DNA of 64,000 nt from an uncultured virus (IMG/VR IMGVR_UViG_2061766007_000665) (lineage: Duplodnaviria > Heunggongvirae > Uroviricota > Caudoviricetes). Below the pieces are notes generated by a model, which was not told the DNA's origin, searched no databases, and saw nothing but the letters and a program-made list of their open reading frames with translations. Position numbers and translations under genes: made by a program. Shown here piece after piece: positions 42,473-53,800 of this stretch (positions are counted from its first letter, which is position 1; the number at the start of each line of letters is the position of its first letter). The stretch lies in the IMG/VR virus record IMGVR_UViG_2061766007_000665; one strand, 5' to 3'.

Positions 42473-43825
42473 ATGGAAATTAAGACAATTTCTTCTTCTC
42501 CAACTTTTATTAGTCCAGAAAGTCAGGTTCAATTCTTACAGGGTCAGCTTGAAATTTGGAATAAGATAAGAGATGGAGAAAAAACGTGGGATGATCTAAA
42601 CCAGTTTAGAGCTTTGTTTGGATACCCAGAGGTCAATACTGACTCTTTACGTAGAAGCTTTCAGTCTCTTGGAGTGTATTATGACGCGGGCTGGATCAAG
42701 CCTGTTGATCCTATTGAAAAAACACCAGTTTTTACAAATGAGCATGAAAGCATTAGCGTAGATTTTAGTAAGCAAGAGACTACAAGCGAAAAGATCGTTG
42801 ATCTTAATGAACAAGATATTAGAGATCCCAATAAGCTTTTAGTCGCTCATGGATTTGATCCAAAGAATTGGATTATTGTGCGTGCGAACAATTCTCGTAC
42901 TCACAAATATAGCGCGTCTGTAGATATCAGTTGTTATTCTAGTAGAATAACTGTTAGGCCTAAGAACGCAAACGAGATTAATTACGACGATATTGACCGC
43001 TTCTTTGAGAAATTTAGCCCTACAAACACCATGCGCGTTAATCCAAAGCAATATGATCCAGATGGAGAATTTCTTGAAGTTTGCATACAGGATCTTCATA
43101 TGGGCGAACTTGCATATGCGCAGGAAGCTGGAGAAGATTATGATACAGAGATCGCCAAAAAACGTCTTGAAAACTGTGTCGCTGATATTTTTGAACGCGC
43201 TAAGGGGCGTAAATTTAAAAGGGTTGTCCTTGCATTATTAGGAGACATTTTACATGTCGATAATCTTGAAGGGACTACTACCAAGGGTANNNNNNNNNNN
43301 NNNNNAACAAAAATTTTTGATGAAACCCTTGATGCACTGATTAAGACAATCGACCTTCTTGGAACTATAGCTCCGGTCACCGTTGTCAACATCCCTGGTA
43401 ATCATGACAAATTTAGCTCTTACATGCTTTGCAAGAGCATGGAAATGGCTTTCCGTGGAGATGAAAACGTTGTGTTTTTAAATGACCCGAATCCCAGAAA
43501 ATGGATTCGTTACGGCAACGTTCTTATTGGATATGCTCATGGCGATATGAAACCCAATGCGGTTACAGAGTGGTTGTCCAACGAATGCCCGGAATGGAGT
43601 TTAGCTAAATACAGAGAAGTACACCTTGGCCATCTTCACAGCTTGCAGACAATGCAAAAAATAGAAGATAATAAATATGGATTAATCGCAAGATATTTAC
43701 CTGCACTTTGCTCATCCTCTGCTTGGGAACACAGTATGGGATTTCCAAACTCTCAGAGAGGAATGATGTCGTTTGTTTGGCATGAAGATAAAGGCTTGCG
43801 TGAAATTTGGTACAGCAATATTTAA
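42473..43825 (+). CDS. Calcineurin-like metallophosphoesterase with N-terminal extension
   Basis: DLHMG, LGDILH, PGNHD, AHGD, GHLH. Confidence 0.9.
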   Translation: MEIKTISSSPTFISPESQVQFLQGQLEIWNKIRDGEKTWDDLNQFRALFGYPEVNTDSLRRSFQSLGVYYDAGWIKPVDPIEKTPVFTNEHESISVDFSKQETTSEKIVDLNEQDIRDPNKLLVAHGFDPKNWIIVRANNSRTHKYSASVDISCYSSRITVRPKNANEINYDDIDRFFEKFSPTNTMRVNPKQYDPDGEFLEVCIQDLHMGELAYAQEAGEDYDTEIAKKRLENCVADIFERAKGRKFKRVVLALLGDILHVDNLEGTTTKGXXXXXXTKIFDETLDALIKTIDLLGTIAPVTVVNIPGNHDKFSSYMLCKSMEMAFRGDENVVFLNDPNPRKWIRYGNVLIGYAHGDMKPNAVTEWLSNECPEWSLAKYREVHLGHLHSLQTMQKIEDNKYGLIARYLPALCSSSAWEHSMGFPNSQRGMMSFVWHEDKGLREIWYSNI

Positions 43826-43829
43826 AGAT

Positions 43830-43865
43830 AAAACGGTGATGTAATGGGCATCGCCGTTTTTTATT
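43830..43865 (+). terminator. Rho-independent terminator
   Basis: AAAACGGTGATG-loop-CATCGCCGTTTT-TT. Confidence 0.7.
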
Positions 43866-43883
43866 GGAGGTAAAAAGAGAAAT

Positions 43884-44776
43884 ATGGCATTTATACCTAG
43901 ATTTGTAACTCCATTAGACGGCAACCCTTATTACAACACCATAGCTAACGGTGGANNNNNNNNNNNNNNNNNNNNNNNNNNNNTTTGGAAATCTACTTTA
44001 GATACCTTGCCAAATTGCGTTGGATATGCCAGTGGAAGATATAACGAAATAGGCAGATATGGTACTTTTAAATATGCCATTCCCGGAAACGCTGAAGATA
44101 TGTATGCATATGCGCAGCAAATGGGTTTGCCTGTTGGACAGACACCAAAGCTTGGCGCCATTATTTGTTGGTCTAAAGGTAAAACATGGAACGCCAGTGA
44201 CGGTGAAGGCCACGTGGCAGTTGTAGAAAGAGTAGTGTCCTCTACAGAAATTATAGTTAGCGAAAGTGGGTGGAACTCTTCTCGTTTATTCTGGACAGCA
44301 ACTCACAAAAAGGGAGACGGGAATTGGACTGCTGGCACTGATGCTAATTGGATGAGCGGCAGATATACGTTTTNNNNNNNNNNNNNNNNNNNNNNNNNNN
44401 AGAAAAGGCTACTGACGTTGATGGATCGTGGGGACAAGGAACAACTTTAGCGCTACAAAGACTTTTTGGCACAACGGAAGATGGAATTGTTTCAGGACAA
44501 AGAAGCGCCAACAAGAAGTATTTGCCGGCAGTTTCAACCACCTCTTGGAAATTCTCCACTAATGGATCGACATATGGGTCATCTGTGGTGCGCAAATTGC
44601 AAGAGCTAATTGGCGTTACAGTAGATGGATCATTTGGACCGGCTACGGCAGAGGGGCTCCAGGNNNNNNNNNNNNNNNNNNNNNNNNATACTGGCGCTAT
44701 TGATAGATCCGTAGGAAAACAAACTGTTAAAGCTTTACAGCAATATATCAATTATCGTTTTGATAATATGAAGTAA
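43884..44776 (+). CDS. Endolysin: CHAP domain plus peptidoglycan-binding repeats; joined across gaps
   Basis: LPNCVGYASGR (Cys), GHVAVVE (His), VSESGW; three DGxxGxxT..LQ PG-binding repeats. Confidence 0.9.
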
Positions 44777-44949
44777 TGGAGTAAAACTAGACTTAAATGG
44801 AAAAACAAAATCAGAATGGTAAAAAGCCGTTCAAGGATTTTAGCAACGAATACGATTCGTTTGAAAAACAAAAAAAGANNNNNNNNNNNNNNGAAAAACG
44901 TCATAAAAACAAACACGACAAATTTGACGATTGGAATTAATAGACAGGG

Positions 44950-44995
44950 AGGAAGAGACTAGAGCATGTACGCTCTGGTCTCTTCCTTTCTTATC
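44950..44995 (+). terminator. 16-bp hairpin, probable terminator
   Basis: AGGAAGAGACTAGAGC-ATGTAC-GCTCTGGTCTCTTCCT-TTCTT. Confidence 0.6.
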
Positions 44996-45010
44996 TAAGG
45001 GTATTAAAGG

Positions 45011-45481
45011 ATGAATAAAGGTAAAAAATTTGAGAAACAGATTAAGGCAAGTTGTGATAAGCAAGGTATATTCCTTATACGCTTTAATGACACGTCTTTA
45101 TCATGGGAGCATGAAGAGAGCTCCCGTTTTACTCCAGAGAGCCCATGTGATTATTTGATATATTCAAAACCATATCTTTTTGCGATTGAATGTAAATCTA
45201 CTTGTTATGGGAGTATGTCAATACAAAGGCTTGGAGAGACCGGAANNNNNNNNNNNNNNNNNNNNNNNNNNNNNNNNNNNNNNNNNNNNNNNNNNNNNNN
45301 NNNNNNNNNNNNNNNNNNNNNNNNNNNNNNNNNNNNNNNNNNCGTATCTGACTTTTTATGCTTTTCTCCGAAAAAGAGTTTTAATAAGTATGATGTAGAA
45401 AAGAATGGTGGCATTTTAATAAATCAGAAATTACTTCGTATAAACTATTTATACGANNNNNNNNNNNNNNNNNNNNCATAA
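45011..45481 (+). CDS. RecU-like Holliday junction resolvase (PD-(D/E)XK)
   Basis: GKKFEKQI, PCDY, AIECKST. Confidence 0.8.
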   Translation: MNKGKKFEKQIKASCDKQGIFLIRFNDTSLSWEHEESSRFTPESPCDYLIYSKPYLFAIECKSTCYGSMSIQRLGETGXXXXXXXXXXXXXXXXXXXXXXXXXXXXXXXXXVSDFLCFSPKKSFNKYDVEKNGGILINQKLLRINYLYXXXXXXXX

Positions 45482-45511
45482 TAAAAGAAGATATTAAGAG
45501 AAAGGGGGCTA

Positions 45512-46470
45512 ATGATGGCGCAAGTATATAACAAGATATACGATCCAGAGAAGTATAAAAAGGTAAATAAAGAATCTAAGAATATGATTGATGATTATAT
45601 ATTAGAGCTTAGAAGTCAAAAGAAGTCAGAAGGAACTCAGAAGCAGTACGCCAATGATTTGCGCATCTTCGCCATTTATTGCCTTGAAAAATGCGAGAAC
45701 AAGTCTTTCTTGGAATTAACAAAGAGAGATATTAGGAACTTTGTTCTTTATTGCACTGATGAATGGAAGATGTCCAATGCTAGAGTTAATAGAATTATGT
45801 CTAGTGTTAGGACTANNNNNNNNNNNNNNNNNNNNNNNNNNNNNNNNNATGAAGACTATGATAGAAATGTTGCGGCCAAAATTAAAGGTCTGCCAAAAGA
45901 GTCTGTGCGCGAGGTCGTGTTTATTCAAGATGATGTAATTCTGAAACTTTGGGATAAACTAATGAAAGAAAAGCGCTATAAAGAAGCCACCTTGCTTGGT
46001 ATCTTATATGATAGTGGAGCTCGTAGAAATGAAATCATGCAAGTTAGACGTGATGCTATTACCCAAGACGGCAATTCTACTAATATAGTTAAGGGGAAGC
46101 GTAGTAAGATGTTTCGGGTTCTTTATTTTAGATTGACCAAAGAAGCTNNNNNNNNNNNNNNNNNNNNNNNNNNNNTACTGGCGCTCCAGCTACTGCCGGC
46201 ACCATTTATGAGATGGTTACCAAGTGGAAAAAAGATCTTAATGAGCTAACTGGTGAAGAATATAATTTAAATGTTCATAGTTTTCGTCATTGCTTTATTG
46301 AGAATATGACAAACGGTACACACTATCTTTGTAGAGAAATGAATCTTGGTAAAGTGGCAATAGAAAAGGTCAAGGTGCTCGCTCATCACAGCGATGTTTC
46401 TACTACAGACAGCTATAGATCGAATGATGAGGAAAAAGACATCGAAGAGCTGTTCGGCATTAAGCTGTAA
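45512..46470 (+). CDS. Tyrosine recombinase (XerC/D-like, with N-terminal SAM-like domain); joined across gaps
   Basis: DSGARRNE (R), KGKRSK (K), HSFRH, AHHSDVSTTDSY (H, Y). Confidence 0.9.
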
Positions 46471-46521
46471 ANNNNNNNNNNNNNNNNNNNNNNNNNNNNN
46501 NNNNNNNNNNNNNNATATCAA

Positions 46522-46539
46522 TATACTATATATAGTATA
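46522..46539. promoter_or_regulatory. 18-bp palindrome TATACTATATATAGTATA with the same ACTATATATAGT core as the 25074/25107 boxes
   Basis: Perfect inverted repeat in the intergenic region after the recombinase. Confidence 0.6.
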
Positions 46540-46601
46540 AATAATTGGCCAAGTTTTATAAATACCATATTTTGCGGTTTATTATAACAAAAGGAGTAAT
46601 T

Positions 46602-47172
46602 ATGGATAATTTGGTTAATCCCGGTTTAACTTTTGAGGTTTTAAAGGATAGGGCTAAGGACTTTATTGGCGGNNNNNNNNNNNNNNNNNNNNNNNNNNNN
46701 NNNNNNNNNNNNNNNNTCTTTTCGTGAAAAAAAAGAAATATTAAATCGAATAATCGCTAAATATGCATATGAAGATACCAGCATGGATCGAGTTTTTAAG
46801 ATGTATATTGATATATTTTTTTATTTGTATTTGGCTTATTTAGGATTAGATGAATTAGATATAAATGAAGTTAACGAATATAATTATGACCTGATGGAAC
46901 CACTCTATGGTCCGTGGATTGAGGGTTGTGCCAAACGAGATATAGAAAATACAAAGGCGATGCTCTCATGTGCATTAAATTTGTATCATATAATAGATTT
47001 TAACAATACACTAGATTCTTTGGATTATGATAAGATTAAAGAGTCTAAAGAAGCTAATGAAGAAATCATATCATATTTGCAAAATAACAAAGATGTTCTT
47101 GAGAAGCTAAACAATATTTCTATTTTAAATGACCCACAAATAGCAGAAATAAGGTCTATGTTACAAAAATAA
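46602..47172 (+). CDS. Hypothetical protein (tail assembly chaperone position)
   Basis: AAGGAG SD with ATG at 46602; joined across a gap; two genes upstream of the TMP. Confidence 0.6.
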
Positions 47173-47190
47173 ACATAATAGGAGGGGCAA

Positions 47191-47827
47191 ATGGCGTTAT
47201 TAACTAAAGGGGCGGGAGAACGCATAGTAAAAGATCAACAAAAGAAGCTTAATAAATTACAAGAAGAACAGAAGAAAAAAGCAGCAAAACTGCTTGAAAT
47301 AAAAAATAATAGTATTAAGGGCGCATATAAGAAAATCGTCTTGGATGCTTTTATTAAAGAATTCTNNNNNNNNNNNNNNNNNNNNNNNNNNNNNNNNNNN
47401 NAGTCTGGTTAATTCTATAGTTTTTAAATATGAAGAAAAAGATGGCCAGATTATTCCGTCTTTTACTATTGACGAAAACCATGTTATTTTTAAGAGCGAT
47501 GCTTCTGAACGTAATGTGGCTTTTAACGAAAATAGCAGTGAAGATTTTATATCTAATGAAAACATTATTACTGGTGACAATATAGATCGATATTTATTTA
47601 ATAATAATGAAGAATATGATGCATATGAAAATGGAGATATATTATATTCTGATTTAGACGAGCTAGACGGCAATTTTGTTCCTATAATTAAAGACGGAGA
47701 TAGATATGGCATTTTTAATCAAATTAATAAACGACTTGGGTATAAACCAAGGAGCTCGTCTTTTAACGACGCTAAGAAAAGTGCTATTAGTATTTGGAAC
47801 AAAGCAAAATATAAATATGGGCTTTAG
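47191..47827 (+). CDS. Hypothetical protein immediately upstream of the TMP fusion
   Basis: AGGAGG SD; joined across gap 47366-47401. Confidence 0.6.
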
Positions 47828-47837
47828 GAGGTAAAAC

Positions 47838-50800
47838 ATGGCCGGGAATAAATTTATATTAAAAGACAATGAGCCCATGACTGTGCGCGTAACAGATGGG
47901 ACGACCATACAAGATATAGAGAAAATTATACCAGCTGACAACCTGAAATATTTTAGTGGCACAGAACTAAGAGAACGCGCTGCTAGTTTGGCTGGAGACA
48001 AAGATTTTGGACATGAGTTTACAGCAAGCTTGCGTGATGAGATCGATTCTTTCCTTAGATCTGCTGCTGACCAGGGTTGGGCTGTGAGGACAGAAGTAAA
48101 AACAGATCCAAACGGTAACACCTCTATAATTTTACACACTATTGGGCAACCAATATACAATAAAGATCCAAATTCAATTCTCGGAGAAAACGCTTTACAT
48201 ATTACCATTGATATGGCAGATAATGCCGGTTTTGTTAATAGGGGCAATACCAGTTCTATATCCCCTTTATTTAGAACATTTGATGATCATAAAATTGGTG
48301 AAGTTGCCACAGAAGCGGCTCATGCTATGTTTGCATCAGCAACGAAACATATGCGTGAATATGGGAAAAAGGGATCAAAATCTAATAGGGAAAAAACAAA
48401 CGATTTAAAAAGATTAAAAGATAGTATTTCTCAGGATTTTGTTCTTGATTATCGTGGAGATAAAATTACAGGTGAGGCAAGCTGGGATTCTGCACAAGGC
48501 ACGACAATGAAATATAGTGAAGCAGAAATCGCCAGAAGAAAAACATATGCTAGAATTGGCCCCACTGTAAAACGTATGCTTGCTCAAGATTTAAAGCAAT
48601 ATACTGCATTAGCAGAAAGATACCCCAATCTAAATACATATGATTTACCAGAAGAAGTCGTGGCTGCATATATGCAGGTTGCCGCGATGGTGATGTATTC
48701 TAATAATCTTGAAGAATACTTAAAAAAGAATTATGAAGGTAAAGAGACTGATTTAGCATATGATATTGCAACCAGGCCAGAATTTAAACAATGGAGAAAA
48801 TGGCTTGAAGATGCTAAAGAACTTGGGGCAAATATGTTCTTTGCTTCAGATTCTTCTGCTGTTACTAAAGGTGGCGGTTATCATATGGCCCCAGACTTGG
48901 ATTCTCCATTACAGCGCATTGTTGGAGACTTAACCGCTGAAGGTATCGCAAAAACCAAGACCTTGGCAATCAATCAAAAAGATAAAAGCATAGAAGAATT
49001 AAAGAAAACAGGACTGTGGTTTGACAATCCCTCTGGCGAATCATTGCTAACTCGTGGTGTTTATGTTGATGAGCAGCTTGGCGATTTGTTCTTAAGAAAA
49101 GTAGCAGAAAAGACTGGAGGCAAATCTGCCACCGCAACAAAAATGACAGAAGAGCTTATGGTCATGACCGGATCACTTGCCGATACAATGGCTCATAAGG
49201 GCTTACAAATCTCAACCCGTCATATTGATACAGATAAGACCCCAATTAGCAAAGACTTTTTAAACGCAATAGAAGACAGTGAAAAAATATTATCCGAATT
49301 AGCGAATGGCGCCTCTAGACAATTTGGTGAAGGCTCTATAGTTGGATCGCGTGGTTTAAAGTTTGCTAAAAACATAAATATACCTCCTGGGGCGATTTTA
49401 ACCGAAATCGGCAAAGACGCAAATGGAGATGTATATGTAAAATATATTCCCCATGAAACAGTAACAGATGCTACAAAACTAATTGGCGAAAATGAGAATA
49501 TAAGATCAGAAGCCAAAGTCATCAAAGATGATGTATATCATACAGCCTTGGTGGAAGCCGCAACAGAACTTGGCAGAAATCAAGATGAAATTAATCAATT
49601 AGCAGGAGCGAATTTAATTAGATTAGCGCCTCCGTTAAAAAGAATAGAAGATACTCGTACAAACGCAGCATATGTTATACCGCAATTAAACAACGCTTTG
49701 GTAAGACTTGGCGTCGATTCCAAAGAGAAGTTTGAAGAAATCACTAAAAACATTCCTATTTTACGTAACTTCTTTGATTTTAAAGATGGCAAACTAAGCA
49801 ATATTACTAGTTGGAGTAATGATCTTAGCACATGGGTTACGCCAGATGGGAAAAGCGCCTTTACACCAACCGACTTTGATAAGCAACACGGAAGAACCAC
49901 TGAAGCAGACATTAAGTTTTATTTTGATAATATTTTAACAGAAGAAAATTCGTTATTTAATGATCTATTAAAACTGGTCAATGAAAACGATAGAAATTTA
50001 GTTAAAAACGAATTTGCCACTGCATTAACTCCGTTTGCCTTATATTCGTTCCAAGAATCTGGTGGAGTTTTAGGAGAAGATGGAGCTGCTATACTAGATA
50101 AGGGCGAAAGTGCTGTACAAGCTAGTAGAAGGCTTAGGAATTTTCTAAATAAAAACTGGGGTCGCTTTGCTCCTGAGCTTGAACAAAAATATGGCAAAGC
50201 TAATGTAAAAATTGCTAAAGCCGAGCTAGACAAAAGGCTCTCTGGACGAGATGAAGACATAGAGGCGTATAATGCCGTTAATAAAGCCGCATTAGAAGCA
50301 AAAAGTAAAAACGCATATTCTGGTACAGATGGGAAAAAACAATTAAAAATTGTTTTTAGAGACCCTATTAGCGATGATGAAATTGATGGCAGAAGTTTGA
50401 CATATGTTCTTCCAGAAGACGGAAAAGGCAATACTATATCAAAGCTTAATCAAGAGCAATATAGCAAGTATTTTGTTGGTCAAATACAGGCAATCGCTAA
50501 AAACAAGGGGCTAACAATTGGTAAAGACACAGAGGTGGTTTTAACAACAGATGGCTTGCCACGCGATAAGCTTAAGCAAAGCGGTCTTTATTCAAGTTCT
50601 GTTCTTACTCCTTTGTTTTCTTTGCCGAATTTGGGAGAAAAAGATAAATATTCTGTAGGATCTCAAGACAAAGCTACCGGATCTTTTTTAGCAAGTGTTC
50701 TTAATGTTGTTAATGGAGGAACCGAATCCAATTTACAGCGTAATTATCAAAACGAACTTGCAAAATTAGTTGCTCCGTCTGGAAGCCTTTATAAAAATGC

Positions 50801-53800
50801 ATTCGGCTCTAAGCTTGGTGCTAGTGGAAACTTTAAGGTTATGGGAGCTCAAGGCCTTGATTCGGTTGGTGTATTGTCTTATGAAGGCGCATTAGAAACG
50901 TTGTCATCTGGTAATGGCGCAACCATTAATGATAGGCTTGCACATGCCGAGGCTATGTTGGCTGNNNNNNNNNNNNNNNNNNNNNNNNNNNNTGCGATTA
51001 AAACAAGATTTGAAGACATAAGAAATAGTAAAACAAGAATAGGCTTACGCAAGGCTGATGACGAAATTACAAAATTTTATGTTGAATCTTTGGCTGGCAC
51101 AAACCAAACCATATCTGCATTTCTTACTAGAAATCCATTATTAAGTGGGGCTAATTTAAATTTAGCTGGTTTACAAGTAAATGCTAAAGGTGCCGATCAA
51201 GGCAAAAATGTTATTCTGTTGAATGCCGCATTAGCTGAATTATTAAATGCTGATTTTGATGGCGATATGCTTCAATTTGGAGCATTTTTATCTGCTAATC
51301 CAGTAATTATAGAAATACTTTCTGCATATGCTGGCTTAAATTTTAAAGATCTTAAGGCTTTTGCAGACAGCATGTCCAATGTATCTGAAGCCTCAAAATC
51401 TGTAGAAAGCGTTCAAAGCTCTGTTGAAAACTTAAAAAGAAGTTCTGCGGCTANNNNNNNNNNNNNNNNNNNNNNNNNNNNNNNNNNNNNNNNNNNNAAA
51501 ACGGTCAAGAATATTTGGGTATGGCGTCTTACGCAAGAGAAGAAATGGCTAAACGTCAGAAATATTATTTGCGTAAGAATGGTACAGATACAGACAAAGC
51601 TCTTTCTTCGCTTTATGAAGTTTGGACTGGACAGGTGCTTGAACAAAAAGGTATTAGCCAAAAGCAAACTGGCAAAATGGCTGAACGTGGAGAATCGTAT
51701 ACTCCAGCTACGCTCAGTGGAGTTATGGATGCTCTTATTAATTCGCCATCTATGGAATCATGGAACAGATATAAGGCTTCCTTAGATGTTAATGATGATA
51801 GCAAAATACAGGCCGCCATTCAAGCATTAGCTCCAGAAGTTTTAGCAGAATTAATAAAACTTGGATATATAGACGAAAGTGGTAAAAATATTACAGATGT
51901 TGGTGAAGCTGCAATGCTTGACCTTGCTGCAAGAAGTAATGAAAAAGCATTAACCGCTAAAGGGTATGAATCTTCGACTTATGTAAAATGGAAAAACAAG
52001 GTTGTACAAGAAGACTATGGAGTTGAAGCAGAAAGAAGCACATTAAAGCATAGTTATAACGCTCCTGCGCAGTCTTCTGGTCTTTCCGTTTCCAGTTCTC
52101 CTACGGTTTATTCGCCAAGTGGCAATTTACCTGGTAGTAGCAATCAATCTGGAGGAGGAAACCCACCTGGCCCAAATTATAATTTTAATGATTTATATGC
52201 AACTATTACTGGTAAAGCAGAAATTATCTTAAACGGAGAAACTTCTATATTGGGGTCTGGATTCAGTCAAAATCAGCAAGCCGTTAAACANNNNNNNNNN
52301 NNNNNNNNNNNNNNNNNNNNNNNNNNNNNNNNNNNNNNNNNNNNNNNNNNNNNNNNNNNNNNNNNNNNNNNNNTATTCAATTAATGGCAAGGTTGTAGAA
52401 AATGCCATGTCTACTACTGGGGCTTTTTCATCTCTTCATGATAAGCCAGCTCCATGGGATACTAAGGCGCTTGAAAGCGCAGCATTTGGTACTCTTGGTC
52501 ATTCTTTAATGGAAGCCATAATAAAAGCCATCGCTGAAANNNNNNNNNNNNNNNNNNNNNNNNNNNNNNNNNNNNNNNNNNNNNNNNNNNNNNNNNNNNN
52601 NNNNNNNNNNNNGATTTCCAGAGTTTTACTTGCGGCAGTTGCAGAGAATATAGGTAAAAAAGGAACCGTTTTATTACCAGAACATACTGGTGCTATGCAA
52701 GTTGGAGATAAACTTTTAACAAACCAAAGTGACTTAATTACTTTTAATCGAAACGATTCCGGTGAATTTGATATCACCGCTTATGACTGGAAAATTAGTA
52801 ATCGTGGAGGACAAAATGACCCACAGACTCAAGCAGAACGATTAGAGCAGTTGTCTATGGCTATAGCCCACTTTAGAGTAGAGTNNNNNNNNNNNNNNNN
52901 NNNNNNNNNNNNNNNNGATGAAAATGGTAAAAAATATTTAGCTGGCTTAGGGCTTAATACGGACAATGTAGATGATATAGAAAAGCTTATATCAGCAACA
53001 GAAAGAGCGCAAGTAGTAAATGTAAGAGCCTTTAAAGATGGAAAAACCGGTGGCTATGTTGCAGAAACATCAGAGGGTAGGGCAATAGATTTCATGAATG
53101 CCATAATGTTAATGGCTTCTGNNNNNNNNNNAACACAATGGCTTGATGCTGCTAATATGAAATATAACTACTTTAATAAAGAAGGAGCAACTAATGAGCC
53201 ATTAAGTGTACGAAACGAAAGGCTTAAACGTGAATGGGAAAAAGAGCATCCAGGTATGTCCTACCATTCTGGAAAAGATGATGGGCTTGTTAGTGGTATT
53301 AGTAAGAGAATTAATCAAAGATTGACTATGTTAATTGACTATAGATTGATTGATATGGCCTTTTCGAAGATTAGACAATCAATGCAAAAACTTGTTCAAA
53401 CAACAAAAGAATTAGACAAAGCGTTGGTTGACATACAAATTGCTACTGGTAATAACTATTCTCAAACTCAGGCTTTAATGAAAGAGTATTCTAATTTAGC
53501 TCTTCAAATAGGTAGAACCACAAAAGAGGTCGCATCAGCTGCCAATGACTGGTTACGTGCTGGTTATGAAGGGAAAGAAGCCACCGAGCTTGTTACAGCC
53601 TCAATGTATTTAAGCACGCTCGGTATGATGAGCGCAGAAAATGCTACAAAAGCGCTGATTTCTGTTTTAAAGGGCTGGAAATTATCTAGTAATGAAGTAT
53701 TATCTGTTGTTGATAAGCTTGTTACTGTTGATATGCAGGCTGCGGTTTCTGCTGGTGATATTGCTNNNNNNNNNNNNNNNNNNNNNNNNNNNNNNNTCTG

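Noticed and set aside
47838..51453. Host rpoB/rpoC fragment or chimeric assembly
   Set aside because: Far too divergent from cellular RNAP outside the core motifs, same composition as the phage genes, and embedded in the tail operon with a phage-type SD
52374..53100. Cas4 / CRISPR adaptation module
   Set aside because: No Fe-S cysteine cluster in the readable sequence, no cas1/cas2 or array; treated as a generic PD-(D/E)XK domain
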